Positions 26,643 to 34,640 of a stretch of DNA of 51,483 nucleotides are shown piece after piece. Source of the stretch: Nanobdellota archaeon. GTDB taxonomy: Archaea; Nanobdellota; Nanobdellia; Woesearchaeales; WJIZ01. Position numbers and translations under genes: made by a program. Where the stretch lies: positions 1-51,483 of the forward strand of contig JAGLMD010000020.1 in assembly GCA_023140175.1 (NCBI GenBank), written 5' to 3'. Position 1 is the first letter of the stretch; each line of letters opens with the position of its first letter. The notes beneath the pieces are model-generated. The model ran no database searches and was not told the DNA's origin. It was given only the letters and a program-made list of their open reading frames with translations.

Positions 26643-26795
26643 AAATAAAACTTTAGTTCTAAAAGAATCAGACCTGCATAATATCATTTTCTATTAATTT
26701 CTATCAGTTTATGTCAATTCCCTGCCAAAATAGTCAAATTCTGCCGCAAATAGATCTATTTTTCTAGATTATATCGACGATATAATATTTTTTAT

Positions 26796-26850
26796 TAATT
26801 AAGTAAGTAATTAAGTAGTTAAGTTAAGAAATTAATTAATTATTATAAAA
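26796..26850. promoter_or_regulatory. AT-rich TAATTAAGTAA-type module, copy B
   Basis: taattaagtaagtaattaagtagttaagttaagaaattaattaattattataaaa starts 106 nt upstream of the TTTATATA box at 26902. It shares TAATTAAGTAA and TTAATTAATTA blocks with copies A, C and D. Confidence 0.4.
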
Positions 26851-26894
26851 TATATCTTGTAATCTGATATCTTGTGCAATACTTAACCAAATAT

Positions 26895-26909
26895 CGAAAT
26901 ATTTATATA
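26895..26909 (+). promoter_or_regulatory. BRE/TATA promoter (CGAAATATTTATATA) of the second ArsR-like gene
   Basis: Near-identical to 23614-23628. It lies about 80 nt upstream of the ATG at 26986. Confidence 0.6.
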
Positions 26910-26985
26910 CTAGTATCAATATTAGTATATTAATCTAAGAAATAAGGAAATTTGTATAGCAGTATAAACATTCGAGGTGTTTTAG

Positions 26986-27624
26986 ATGAATATTGAAGAG
27001 GTGTTTAGTAATAGTAAATGGGACATTATAAAAGACCTCTCAGAAAAGAAATTCTCTCCATTGCAGCTTGCCCATAAATATAATACCACAATAGGAAATG
27101 TGGGGCATCAATTAAGGCTTCTGGAAGCATACGGGCTGGTTAAAAAAGAGAAAATCATAAACAGGGACAAAGGCAAACCCAGAAGCTTATTCTCATTAGC
27201 CTATGATTGTGGATATATAGTATCTGCTACTAGCGGCTTTGCTGAAAAAAAGTTCCTTAAGCTCTCAGATTATCACAACACTATCCTAAAGATGTGGTTT
27301 ATTGAAGACACAAGATTGCATTATTATCTAGAAAAATTCTACTGGAAAATTGAAGAACATCTTAGAGATATAAAAGGCATAGCTGTTAAGGTTGCTGACA
27401 GCAGCAGCATAGAAATAACAATCCTGACTAATCTGAAAAAAGACATTATGAAAAAAATCAATCCTAAGATGTTAATTAAGAATATGGAATCTGATGAAAT
27501 AACATTCAATATCAAATTTTTGAATGAAGATGATCTGAAAAGATTTGACTCAATCAGAGAGTGCTATATTATATATGATCCCAATGAAGTATTATCATGC
27601 TATAAGAAATCTTTCAAATTGTAA
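26986..27624 (+). CDS. ArsR/SmtB-like winged-HTH transcription regulator with C-terminal extension (paralog 2)
   Basis: 212 aa. WDIIKDLSEKKFSPLQLAHKYNTTIGNVGHQLRLLEAYGLVKKEKIINRDKGKPRSLFSL. It has the same architecture as 23695..24354 but is clearly more diverged than the adjacent secreted-protein paralogs. Confidence 0.7.
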   Translation: MNIEEVFSNSKWDIIKDLSEKKFSPLQLAHKYNTTIGNVGHQLRLLEAYGLVKKEKIINRDKGKPRSLFSLAYDCGYIVSATSGFAEKKFLKLSDYHNTILKMWFIEDTRLHYYLEKFYWKIEEHLRDIKGIAVKVADSSSIEITILTNLKKDIMKKINPKMLIKNMESDEITFNIKFLNEDDLKRFDSIRECYIIYDPNEVLSCYKKSFKL

Positions 27625-27712
27625 ATATGAATATAAAGGCGTGAATGTCATCGGAAATACTATCTATTTCTGGTGTAAATGAAAACGTAATTGTAAACCA
27701 AACTGAGGTTGA

Positions 27713-28465
27713 ATGAAAATGAAAATGAAAGTACAAACAATTAAAGCAATTCTAGCTCTAATTATATTAAGCATGATGGTTACTATAGCAATAGCTACAC
27801 CCTATGGGCCTGATAACATTAAAAGGGGGATAGACGAAAGGGGCAACATTACAGGGACTGATCCCAAGACAATACAAGCACAAGGAGGAAACGTTACCCA
27901 ATTAACAATCAATACAACATCATTAACAGCAAATTGGCAGGGTTATTATGGAAATATTAGCGGCATAATAACATTAGATGATGGAGACGGCAATACACTA
28001 TATGATTGGTACGATGAAACAATATCTTTAGTAGGAGAGATATATGCAGCTAACCAAAGTGGAATTACCTGGTCTGATGTTATTTGTGTAAACCTAACTG
28101 GAAATGGTACAACAGGCTATTCAGGTATTAATCAGACAGTATTAGAAGATATGTATGATATATCCCATTCTGCTAAAGATGGCTTTGATGAAACATTCGA
28201 CTCTGAAATAAACATTACAATAGGCTCAACTGGTTTGGGTGCCTGTCCAGGCACACACCTATATGTAGATAACTCATCTCAAACAGAAAGATGGAATGAA
28301 ACACTATTGACAGAAAATGCCACAGGCGCAGTAATCTTTGCAGTAGCTGTCGAAGAGAATGATCCGGGATTCAATGGCAAACAATGGGATTTCCAGATGA
28401 TTGTCGCTGAAGATGGCAGCAGTGCTGGATCTACACCCTATAGCTTCTACATAGAATTAGTATAA
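27713..28465 (+). CDS. Secreted protein of unknown function (WQGYYGNISG motif family), paralog 2
   Basis: 250 aa. Signal peptide ...LIILSMMVTIAIA|TP. Three in-frame ATGs open the ORF (MKMKMK), so the exact start is uncertain. The C-terminal third is almost nucleotide-identical to paralog 1. Confidence 0.85.
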   Translation: MKMKMKVQTIKAILALIILSMMVTIAIATPYGPDNIKRGIDERGNITGTDPKTIQAQGGNVTQLTINTTSLTANWQGYYGNISGIITLDDGDGNTLYDWYDETISLVGEIYAANQSGITWSDVICVNLTGNGTTGYSGINQTVLEDMYDISHSAKDGFDETFDSEINITIGSTGLGACPGTHLYVDNSSQTERWNETLLTENATGAVIFAVAVEENDPGFNGKQWDFQMIVAEDGSSAGSTPYSFYIELV

Positions 28466-28495
28466 GGCCTTATTTTTTTATTTTGAGTTTTCTAA

Positions 28496-28709
28496 ATGGA
28501 AGAGAAAAATGCATTTAGAGTAGAGGGAATACCGATTATATGAAAGATATGCAGGGGGCTTGATACTAAATTCATCCGAAGTTAACAGAGCAATTAATAT
28601 CACAATCACAAAAGTAAACATAGGAAATACAGAGCCCAACATAACAAGTGTTGTAGTGGCTCCAGCACCCATAGATCTCACCCCCGGCAGCAATAAGTGG
28701 AAAATGTAA
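28496..28709 (+). pseudogene. Decayed, truncated remnant of a 25686..26642-type gene
   Basis: ATG at 28496 gives MEEKNAFRVEGIPII and then a stop. After a frame change, SSEVNRAINITITKVNIGNTEPNITSVVVAPAPIDLTPGSNKWKM-stop aligns with STEVTGVNNETVITKLNVTNTAPSLYRVTVTPISVDLTPGGTKLVNC of the intact gene. The TM segment is missing and no homologous sequence follows 28709. The position matches the third gene of cassette 1. Confidence 0.7.
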
Positions 28710-28860
28710 TGGTACTTTGCTGTTTAGCGCAAAAGAAATCTGACCACAATTCTAACTATATAAAAAAGTGACTGTAACCCCTATAACCCGTTTCTTATAT
28801 TAACTAAATTTATTCACACACACCAATAGTAAACTTTACTGATTTATTAAGTTTAATAGT

Positions 28861-28880
28861 TAAGTAATTAATTAACTAGT
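28861..28880. promoter_or_regulatory. AT-rich TAAGTAATTAATTAAC module, copy C
   Basis: taagtaattaattaactagt is near-palindromic (AGTAATTAATTAACT). It lies about 110 nt upstream of a BRE/TATA-like aaaacttttaaagg (about 28966-28980) that precedes the 29046 gene. Confidence 0.4.
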
Positions 28881-29045
28881 ATAATTTATCAATTTAACTA
28901 AAAAATTAATTATAAAAACATAATCAAATATTGGAATTAAAAAAGAAAAACATTTGCTAATTTCAATAAAACTTTTAAAGGATAATGCCGCAAAAAAATA
29001 GTTCAGGAGTTATTTATCATATTACGCTAAGGCATAATACACAAA

Positions 29046-29342
29046 ATGAAGAGCATAAAAGTTAAAGATTATATAATATGGGGGACAATTGCGGCACTAG
29101 TCATCCTAGTTATTCTTGTTTTAATCATCCCGGGAAAAGAGAAATCATTTGAAATAAAAGATAGATGCGGCCCGATTATGAACCTTATATCCCACACGAT
29201 AGCAGATGAACCAAGATGCCAGACACAGTGTAAAGCAAAGTGTAAAACACTTGATCTCGAATTTAGCAGAATAGAATTCGAAAAAAAAGAAGCAGGCTGC
29301 CATACTTGCATTTGCTTCTGTAAAGAAGATTTATTTGGATAA
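29046..29342 (+). CDS. Small membrane-anchored cysteine-rich protein
   Basis: 98 aa. One TM helix (IIWGTIAALVILVILVLII) is followed by a domain with 8 Cys (CGP...CQTQCKAKCKT...CHTCICFC). Confidence 0.6.
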   Translation: MKSIKVKDYIIWGTIAALVILVILVLIIPGKEKSFEIKDRCGPIMNLISHTIADEPRCQTQCKAKCKTLDLEFSRIEFEKKEAGCHTCICFCKEDLFG

Positions 29343-29346
29343 TAAA

Positions 29347-29625
29347 ATGGATTTAGAAGAGCTGGATATATGGTATGAAGAGCAAAAAGAAAAGATTTTT
29401 GATGAATACGTAAAAGCTGCTGAAAACAGGGAAAATAAGCAGGAAGCAGAAGAGAAGTATAAAGAAAACATGAAAAATGTCAGGGAAAAATATACTCAAC
29501 TATATGAAAAGACCAGAAAACATACCCTCAAAAAAAAATATTCAGCAAAGATTAAAGATCTTAAAGAAAAGATAAAAATCTCCGAAATTATTAAAATACC
29601 TGGGATTAAATTCGGAAAAAAGTAA
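29347..29625 (+). CDS. Small lysine/glutamate-rich coiled-coil protein
   Basis: The ORF track starts at a TTG (29335) inside the previous stop region. The first ATG is at 29347 (MDLEELDIWYEEQKEKIFDEYVKAAENRENKQEAEEKYKENMKNVREKY...). Low-complexity helical, with no recognisable family. Confidence 0.5.
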   Translation: MDLEELDIWYEEQKEKIFDEYVKAAENRENKQEAEEKYKENMKNVREKYTQLYEKTRKHTLKKKYSAKIKDLKEKIKISEIIKIPGIKFGKK

Positions 29626-29723
29626 GGTAGGATTTTCTTAAAATATTTTTGCAATGCCCATAATTAAGAAAATTTATATAATATATTTCTCTGTAACTAA
29701 TATAAGTAAAGTCAATCTGTAAA

Positions 29724-30398
29724 ATGGAAGATATAAAACCTGAACAGGAAGTAAAGAGATCTGGACGGAAAAAAATATTCCTGTGGATCGCAATAATTCT
29801 GATAATCCATCTTCTCTTAACTATCATCAATGTTTCAATACCCATAAAAGAACAATATACTGAAAATGTACCTTATGAATCAATAGAAACATATGTTAGT
29901 AAAGAACAGGCAGAAAAATGTGAAAACATTCCATATAACTGGACCCATCAATGGGAAGAATGGCAGCCAGAGGTGAATGGATATATCTCCCCAACAACAA
30001 GACTGACCAATCTGGAAAACAGGGGTGGTGTTTTCACAGTATACTTTGCATTCTTTGATGAATCCATATACAAATATAATGCCTACAAAGATAGGATACA
30101 TACCAGGGTTAAAGACAAACTGCCGTGGGAAGCTGCCTCCATGTTCAGCCAAAAAATTACTCTCAATCTGAATCCATATGAGGACGAAATAATAACCATA
30201 TATACAAAAAAGGAATATCCCAATGGCATTTATTGGGCTTATACTGATGTTGAAGCACCAAACTATACTATATGTGAATCTGGAGATTACCAAGACATTC
30301 TAAGAAACAGAAACATTACTAAGTATAGGACAGAAAATAAAACCAAAACAAGAATAGAACATATAAGCATGTTAGAGTATCTTCTGAGTTTAATTTGA
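29724..30398 (+). CDS. Single-pass membrane protein with extracellular domain, unknown function
   Basis: 224 aa. Basic N-terminus, then a TM helix (IFLWIAIILIIHLLLTIINVSI), then a ~170-aa W/Y-rich domain. Confidence 0.6.
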   Translation: MEDIKPEQEVKRSGRKKIFLWIAIILIIHLLLTIINVSIPIKEQYTENVPYESIETYVSKEQAEKCENIPYNWTHQWEEWQPEVNGYISPTTRLTNLENRGGVFTVYFAFFDESIYKYNAYKDRIHTRVKDKLPWEAASMFSQKITLNLNPYEDEIITIYTKKEYPNGIYWAYTDVEAPNYTICESGDYQDILRNRNITKYRTENKTKTRIEHISMLEYLLSLI

Positions 30399-30429
30399 AT
30401 CCTAAGAATATATTTAATTTTTTAGATTA

Positions 30430-30453
30430 TAATTAAGTAATCAATTAATTACT
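30430..30453. promoter_or_regulatory. AT-rich palindromic module, copy D (TAATTAAGTAATCAATTAATTACT)
   Basis: Matches copy A at 21/24 positions. It starts exactly 130 nt upstream of the TTTATATA box at 30560, the same spacing as copy A to its TATA box. Confidence 0.5.
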
Positions 30454-30556
30454 GAAATATTAAACTTAATCAATCAATTAATCTAAAATCCGACAAAAAC
30501 AAAAGGTTTAAATACACGATAACTACATAAAACACACAATAATCATAAATAGGTAT

Positions 30557-30567
30557 ACATTTATATA
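30557..30567 (+). promoter_or_regulatory. TATA box (ACATTTATATA) of the RHH-RHH-envelope protein-ATPase operon
   Basis: TTTATATA lies at 30560-30567, about 80 nt upstream of the ATG at 30645. It has the same ACATTTATATA core as the promoter at 23619-23628. Confidence 0.55.
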
Positions 30568-30600
30568 TAATAATTAATCAACAACTTCAGATTAAAGTGA

Positions 30601-30639
30601 ATACATAAAGAATACAATACACATACATAAAGAATACAA
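30601..30639 (+). promoter_or_regulatory. Two perfect 17-nt direct repeats (ATACATAAAGAATACAA) in the operon leader, candidate operator
   Basis: Copies lie at 30601-30617 and 30623-30639, a 22-nt period of about two helical turns. They sit between the TATA box and the first RHH start codon. Confidence 0.5.
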
Positions 30640-30644
30640 ATACA

Positions 30645-30797
30645 ATGATAATACAGACATTAAATGTAAGAATTCCTAAAGAGACAGTTCTATGGTTGGA
30701 CTCATTAATCAATAGAGGAATCTATAAAAGCAGATCTGAAGCTATTCGGGACTATGTTAGAAAGTATATAGAAAAAGAAGGCAAAACAAATGAATGA
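30645..30797 (+). CDS. Ribbon-helix-helix (CopG/Arc/MetJ-type) DNA-binding protein, 50 aa (not in ORF track)
   Basis: ATG at 30645. MIIQTLNVRIPKETVLWLDSLINRGIYKSRSEAIRDYVRKYIEKEGKTNE-stop. A beta-strand (LNVRIP) followed by two helices with the SEAIRxxVR pattern is typical of RHH proteins. It overlaps the next ORF by 8 nt. Confidence 0.65.
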   Translation: MIIQTLNVRIPKETVLWLDSLINRGIYKSRSEAIRDYVRKYIEKEGKTNE

Positions 30798-31074
30798 TGT
30801 TATAGTTTCAATCAGGATCCCCAAACCGTTATTGTCAGAGATAAAAAGGCTGGTAGAAAAAGGATATTATATGGATACAAGTGAAGGAATAAGGAGTATT
30901 GTAAGAGACTCATGGACAAAATTCGAGAACCCAGAACTGGAAGAACTAAAAAAATTGAGAGAAGATATTAAAAAAGAGCTAAAGAAAAAAACAGAGAAGA
31001 TTATAAGAAGAGAAGTGATAGAAGAACTCGAAAAAATAAAAGAGATGATAAAAGAAGAGAGCTTATCAAAATGA
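30790..31074 (+). CDS. Ribbon-helix-helix (CopG-type) protein with K/E-rich C-terminal helix
   Basis: 94 aa. VIVSIRIPKPLLSEIKRLVEKGYYMDTSEGIRSIVRDSW repeats the RHH pattern of the upstream ORF, and a charged helical tail follows. ATGA overlap with the next gene. Confidence 0.6.
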   Translation: MNDVIVSIRIPKPLLSEIKRLVEKGYYMDTSEGIRSIVRDSWTKFENPELEELKKLREDIKKELKKKTEKIIRREVIEELEKIKEMIKEESLSK

Positions 31075-34000
31075 ATAAAAAAACATTCATATTCATAACT
31101 TTACTGGCCTTTATCTTACTACCCCAAATAGGAAAATCAGATTTATCAAAAACAATTTCAATAGAGTTAGAATATAAATCAAGTACTAATTGGGATCTTG
31201 ACAATAATGGCATCGAATCTAATAAGGCTGCAATTGACTTTACTGTAGAAGACACAAAATTCAGCTGGGATGCAGATGAAAGCAAGCTTTGCACAAGATG
31301 GGAGATTTATTCCATAGAAAACGAACAGTCTGGCCTAATATGTTATGGAAACAAAAAATGCTGCAATTTTATTGATTTAGAGCCAGAAATGCCAAACTGG
31401 AATAACATTCTTTACATACCATATCAAAAATATGGCACATCCAGAAATAACAAAGTAAGTGCAACAGTCATATATGTAGATTATAGCCTTGACCCGAATA
31501 ACCTCTATTCGGATATTTATTACTCTGAATTAGACTATTTATATGCTGTATATCTTGAAGAAAATCTGGAAGAATCAATACCAAAAAAATGGATAGTAAT
31601 AAAAACATCATCAGAAAACAGCCCCAAAATAAATTTCACAATAATCTCGCCTAATAACAAGACCAGCCTTATAAAAGGAGAAGATGTATATCTAAATTTC
31701 ACACTAAATATAACAGTAATGGCTAGTTACTCATTAAATTCTGGAAATTATGTTCCATTAGGCCTTAATAATTCTTTTTCATCAAAATTAAATGGTTCAT
31801 TGCCCTTCGATGTTATAGGGAATGGCAGGCACAATTTAACAATATACTTGATGGATAATCTCTCTGATATTATTAATTATACATATAGTTTTACTGTAAA
31901 CGATACATTAGCACCAGATATTTATGTTAATGTTGATGGAATCGAACTAAACAATTCAATAGTTAATAGAGAAAACCACACTATTGTAATAAATATAATA
32001 TCTGATGAATATAGTTCTATAAGCTATAAATTGAATGATGATGAATACCAAAACACAAATCTGGATGAAAATAAATCAGTCAGCATCAATGCTGAATTAC
32101 AGGACGGAAAAAACAACCTGACAATAAACATAAATGATATGCAGGGAAACAGTAGATTGCTTGAATATGGCTTCAATTTCGAGCTCTTGCCCACCTGCAC
32201 AGATGGTGTGCAGAACGGAGATGAAACCAGCATAGACTGCGGGGGAAGTTGTGAGGAATGCATACCATTTGACGTCAGCTTAGAAAAATATACATTCGAT
32301 CTGGGTGAAACTGTAGAAGTGACCATCCTGGCAAGAGCAAACTCTGCTGTTGACTTAAAGGTACTTTTCAACGGAAATGTGATAGATAGTGAATATATCC
32401 CAAGCTATTCTCCTGATTTCCCCATATATATAACTAAAACAATCAACAACATAGATGAAGAAGGAAATTACGAGATACAGGCGGCAATGTATTATATGAA
32501 CACAAGCGAAAATAAAGTCCTTTCTTTCTATGTTAATGATCCCGCGCCCCAAAACCCATTAAGTGTGAGCATCAAAGCAAACACAACTAGTATTAAAGAA
32601 GGTGAAGCAATAGAGTTCGGCGCTGCTATATCCGGGAATACAAGTGCTGCATCATTTAACTGGAGATTCGATGATGGCAGCACATCTACCCAAACAAACC
32701 CCAAACATACCTATAACCAAAATAAAACATATACAGTAAACCTTACAATTACCTGGAACGGATGGACAAAAACAGACAAGGAGACAATAACAGTAAAAGA
32801 GCCCTTTAAAATCATCATTGAAGTAGAAAATGAAGATGGCCGGGATATAGAAAATGCTGAAGTTGAATTTGATGATATCAAAAAAAATACAAGCAGTGAT
32901 GGCAAAGCATCATTTATAATCGCTGCTGGAACATATGATTTCACTGTCTCAAAAGAAAATTACATAGAATACTCAAACTCCACAAAAATAACAGAAAATA
33001 AAACAATTAGAGTAAAGTTAACAGAATACGAAACATATTATGGATATGATAATAAAGAACCCGCCATAACCTTATCAGGACCGGCAGATAATGAAAAAAT
33101 CAATCAGGAGAAAGTCACAATAAACTATAAAGTTCTGGATAGTTCTGCAGTAAACTGTACATTATACATAAATATAGATGAAGGCTGGTGGGTAGAAAAG
33201 GCATATGAAAAAAATATAACAGAAGACTCTGAAATTTCATTTGTAATAGATGATTTAGAAAATAAGCATTATCAATGGAAGATTGAATGTGTAGATAAAT
33301 ATGGAAATTCTCAAGTAAGTGAAACAAGAAACTTTAATGTAAGCAATACTAATATTATAACAACAAATCAAGGTATATCAATAGATGAAGCAATTAATAA
33401 GATTGGAATCTCAATATCTAATCTTGTATACTTAGAAAGAAATGAAAAAGAAGCAAGTGATGCCTTAAAGTTGAAAGAACTGCTGGAAAAATCCATAAAA
33501 AACCTGGAAAGGGCAAAAAGGGATTTAAACAATATTAAATGGAGAAAACTAAACGAGACTAAAACAGAAGAACTAAGACTTTCAATAATAGACAGGATAG
33601 AGAATATAAAGAGATCAACACCCAATACTATAAAAGTAATTGAAACAAAAGAATTTGTCGGTTATCCAGACAAAGAAGACGTAAGAAATATATCATTGCA
33701 TGTGCTGGAATCAGAAAATAAGAAATACAAAAAAAGAGAAAAAGAGGAATATGTCAGCTACAACCAGGAATTGCAAAACTTAATCAGCATAACAACGAAA
33801 TCAAAAGCCATAGAGGTGGGATATATTTCAGGAGAAACAGGAAGAATTACCCTGATAGAAAAAGAGATCAATATAAAAGAAAGTTCTGAAGATTTGAGCT
33901 TAGTAGAATCAATACCAAAGGCCATCGCAGCCAATACAAGCTGCATTAATGCCTTATTTGATTATGCAGTTATTCTTGAAGATCCTATGATAAGGCTGAA

Positions 34001-34640
34001 TATGCCAATGGAAAAATATGTTTATTATGTTAACAAAGAAATACCTTTAGACAAAATTAAAGAAATAAAATCAGTTTTAATAGCAAATGATATTGACGAA
34101 AAAACCATGATAACGGGTTTCGCTGTTTTTGGAGGCCTGCCGGGAAATCTAGTTCAGACAAGCAATATGAGGTTGATCATAGAGATTCTGATAATCATCA
34201 TATTGATTATTATCTACGTTGCATTTACAAGTGATTTAAGGAAATTAAAATATTTTATAACTGACAGAACAACATTAAAGAACATAAAAGAAGTAAATCA
34301 AACTGTTGATAAAGCACTAGTTGATTTACAGAACAACCAATATGAGAAAGCAAAAGCGCTTTATAAGAACACCAATACAACATTCAAGCAGCTGCCAGAA
34401 GATATGAGAAAAGACGCGTATAAAAAGATAACACATCTATCTGGTAAATTAAATGTTTTCCACATCAATAAGTTGATTGATAAGGCTTTCTTCAGCCTGG
34501 AAAACCACCAGGTCGCAGCAGCATCTTCAGCATACAAACATGTTAACAAAATCTATAAAGTTATAGCTCCAAGGTATAAATCCAATGTTTTGGAGAGATG
34601 TAATGAATTATATAAAAAATTAAATGAGCAGAAAAAATAA
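31071..34640 (+). CDS. Large bitopic envelope protein: signal peptide, beta-sandwich and PKD domains outside, TM helix, ~130-aa helical cytoplasmic tail
   Basis: 1,189 aa. Signal peptide FIFITLLAFILLPQIGKS. Cys-rich motif CTDGVQNGDETSIDCGGSCEEC. PKD-like stretch FNWRFDDGSTSTQTNPKHTYNQNKTYTVNLTITWNG. CarboxypepD_reg-like stretch IIIEVENEDGRDIENAEVEFDD...GTYDFTVSKENYIEY. TM helix MRLIIEILIIIILIIIYVAF lies near residue ~1030 and is followed by a helical tail. Confidence 0.85.
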   Translation: MNKKTFIFITLLAFILLPQIGKSDLSKTISIELEYKSSTNWDLDNNGIESNKAAIDFTVEDTKFSWDADESKLCTRWEIYSIENEQSGLICYGNKKCCNFIDLEPEMPNWNNILYIPYQKYGTSRNNKVSATVIYVDYSLDPNNLYSDIYYSELDYLYAVYLEENLEESIPKKWIVIKTSSENSPKINFTIISPNNKTSLIKGEDVYLNFTLNITVMASYSLNSGNYVPLGLNNSFSSKLNGSLPFDVIGNGRHNLTIYLMDNLSDIINYTYSFTVNDTLAPDIYVNVDGIELNNSIVNRENHTIVINIISDEYSSISYKLNDDEYQNTNLDENKSVSINAELQDGKNNLTININDMQGNSRLLEYGFNFELLPTCTDGVQNGDETSIDCGGSCEECIPFDVSLEKYTFDLGETVEVTILARANSAVDLKVLFNGNVIDSEYIPSYSPDFPIYITKTINNIDEEGNYEIQAAMYYMNTSENKVLSFYVNDPAPQNPLSVSIKANTTSIKEGEAIEFGAAISGNTSAASFNWRFDDGSTSTQTNPKHTYNQNKTYTVNLTITWNGWTKTDKETITVKEPFKIIIEVENEDGRDIENAEVEFDDIKKNTSSDGKASFIIAAGTYDFTVSKENYIEYSNSTKITENKTIRVKLTEYETYYGYDNKEPAITLSGPADNEKINQEKVTINYKVLDSSAVNCTLYINIDEGWWVEKAYEKNITEDSEISFVIDDLENKHYQWKIECVDKYGNSQVSETRNFNVSNTNIITTNQGISIDEAINKIGISISNLVYLERNEKEASDALKLKELLEKSIKNLERAKRDLNNIKWRKLNETKTEELRLSIIDRIENIKRSTPNTIKVIETKEFVGYPDKEDVRNISLHVLESENKKYKKREKEEYVSYNQELQNLISITTKSKAIEVGYISGETGRITLIEKEINIKESSEDLSLVESIPKAIAANTSCINALFDYAVILEDPMIRLNMPMEKYVYYVNKEIPLDKIKEIKSVLIANDIDEKTMITGFAVFGGLPGNLVQTSNMRLIIEILIIIILIIIYVAFTSDLRKLKYFITDRTTLKNIKEVNQTVDKALVDLQNNQYEKAKALYKNTNTTFKQLPEDMRKDAYKKITHLSGKLNVFHINKLIDKAFFSLENHQVAAASSAYKHVNKIYKVIAPRYKSNVLERCNELYKKLNEQKK

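Noticed and set aside
28478-28693. 71-aa minus-strand ORF
   Set aside because: The plus strand of the same interval carries a recognisable, though frameshifted and truncated, homolog of the N-terminus of the 25686-26642 gene, so the minus-strand ORF is coincidental.
23212-30644. The AT-rich accessory region as a replication origin (DUE plus origin recognition boxes)
   Set aside because: There is no cdc6/orc1 gene in the window, and no G-rich ORB-like elements flank the AT-rich blocks. Those blocks sit at fixed distances upstream of promoters, which fits transcriptional regulation better.
30645-31074. Two adjacent small RHH genes as a toxin-antitoxin pair
   Set aside because: Both products look like RHH DNA-binding proteins (antitoxin or repressor type). 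No PIN, RelE/ParE, MazF or HicA-like toxin ORF is adjacent. They are instead translationally coupled to a 1,189-aa envelope protein gene, so a regulatory role is more plausible.
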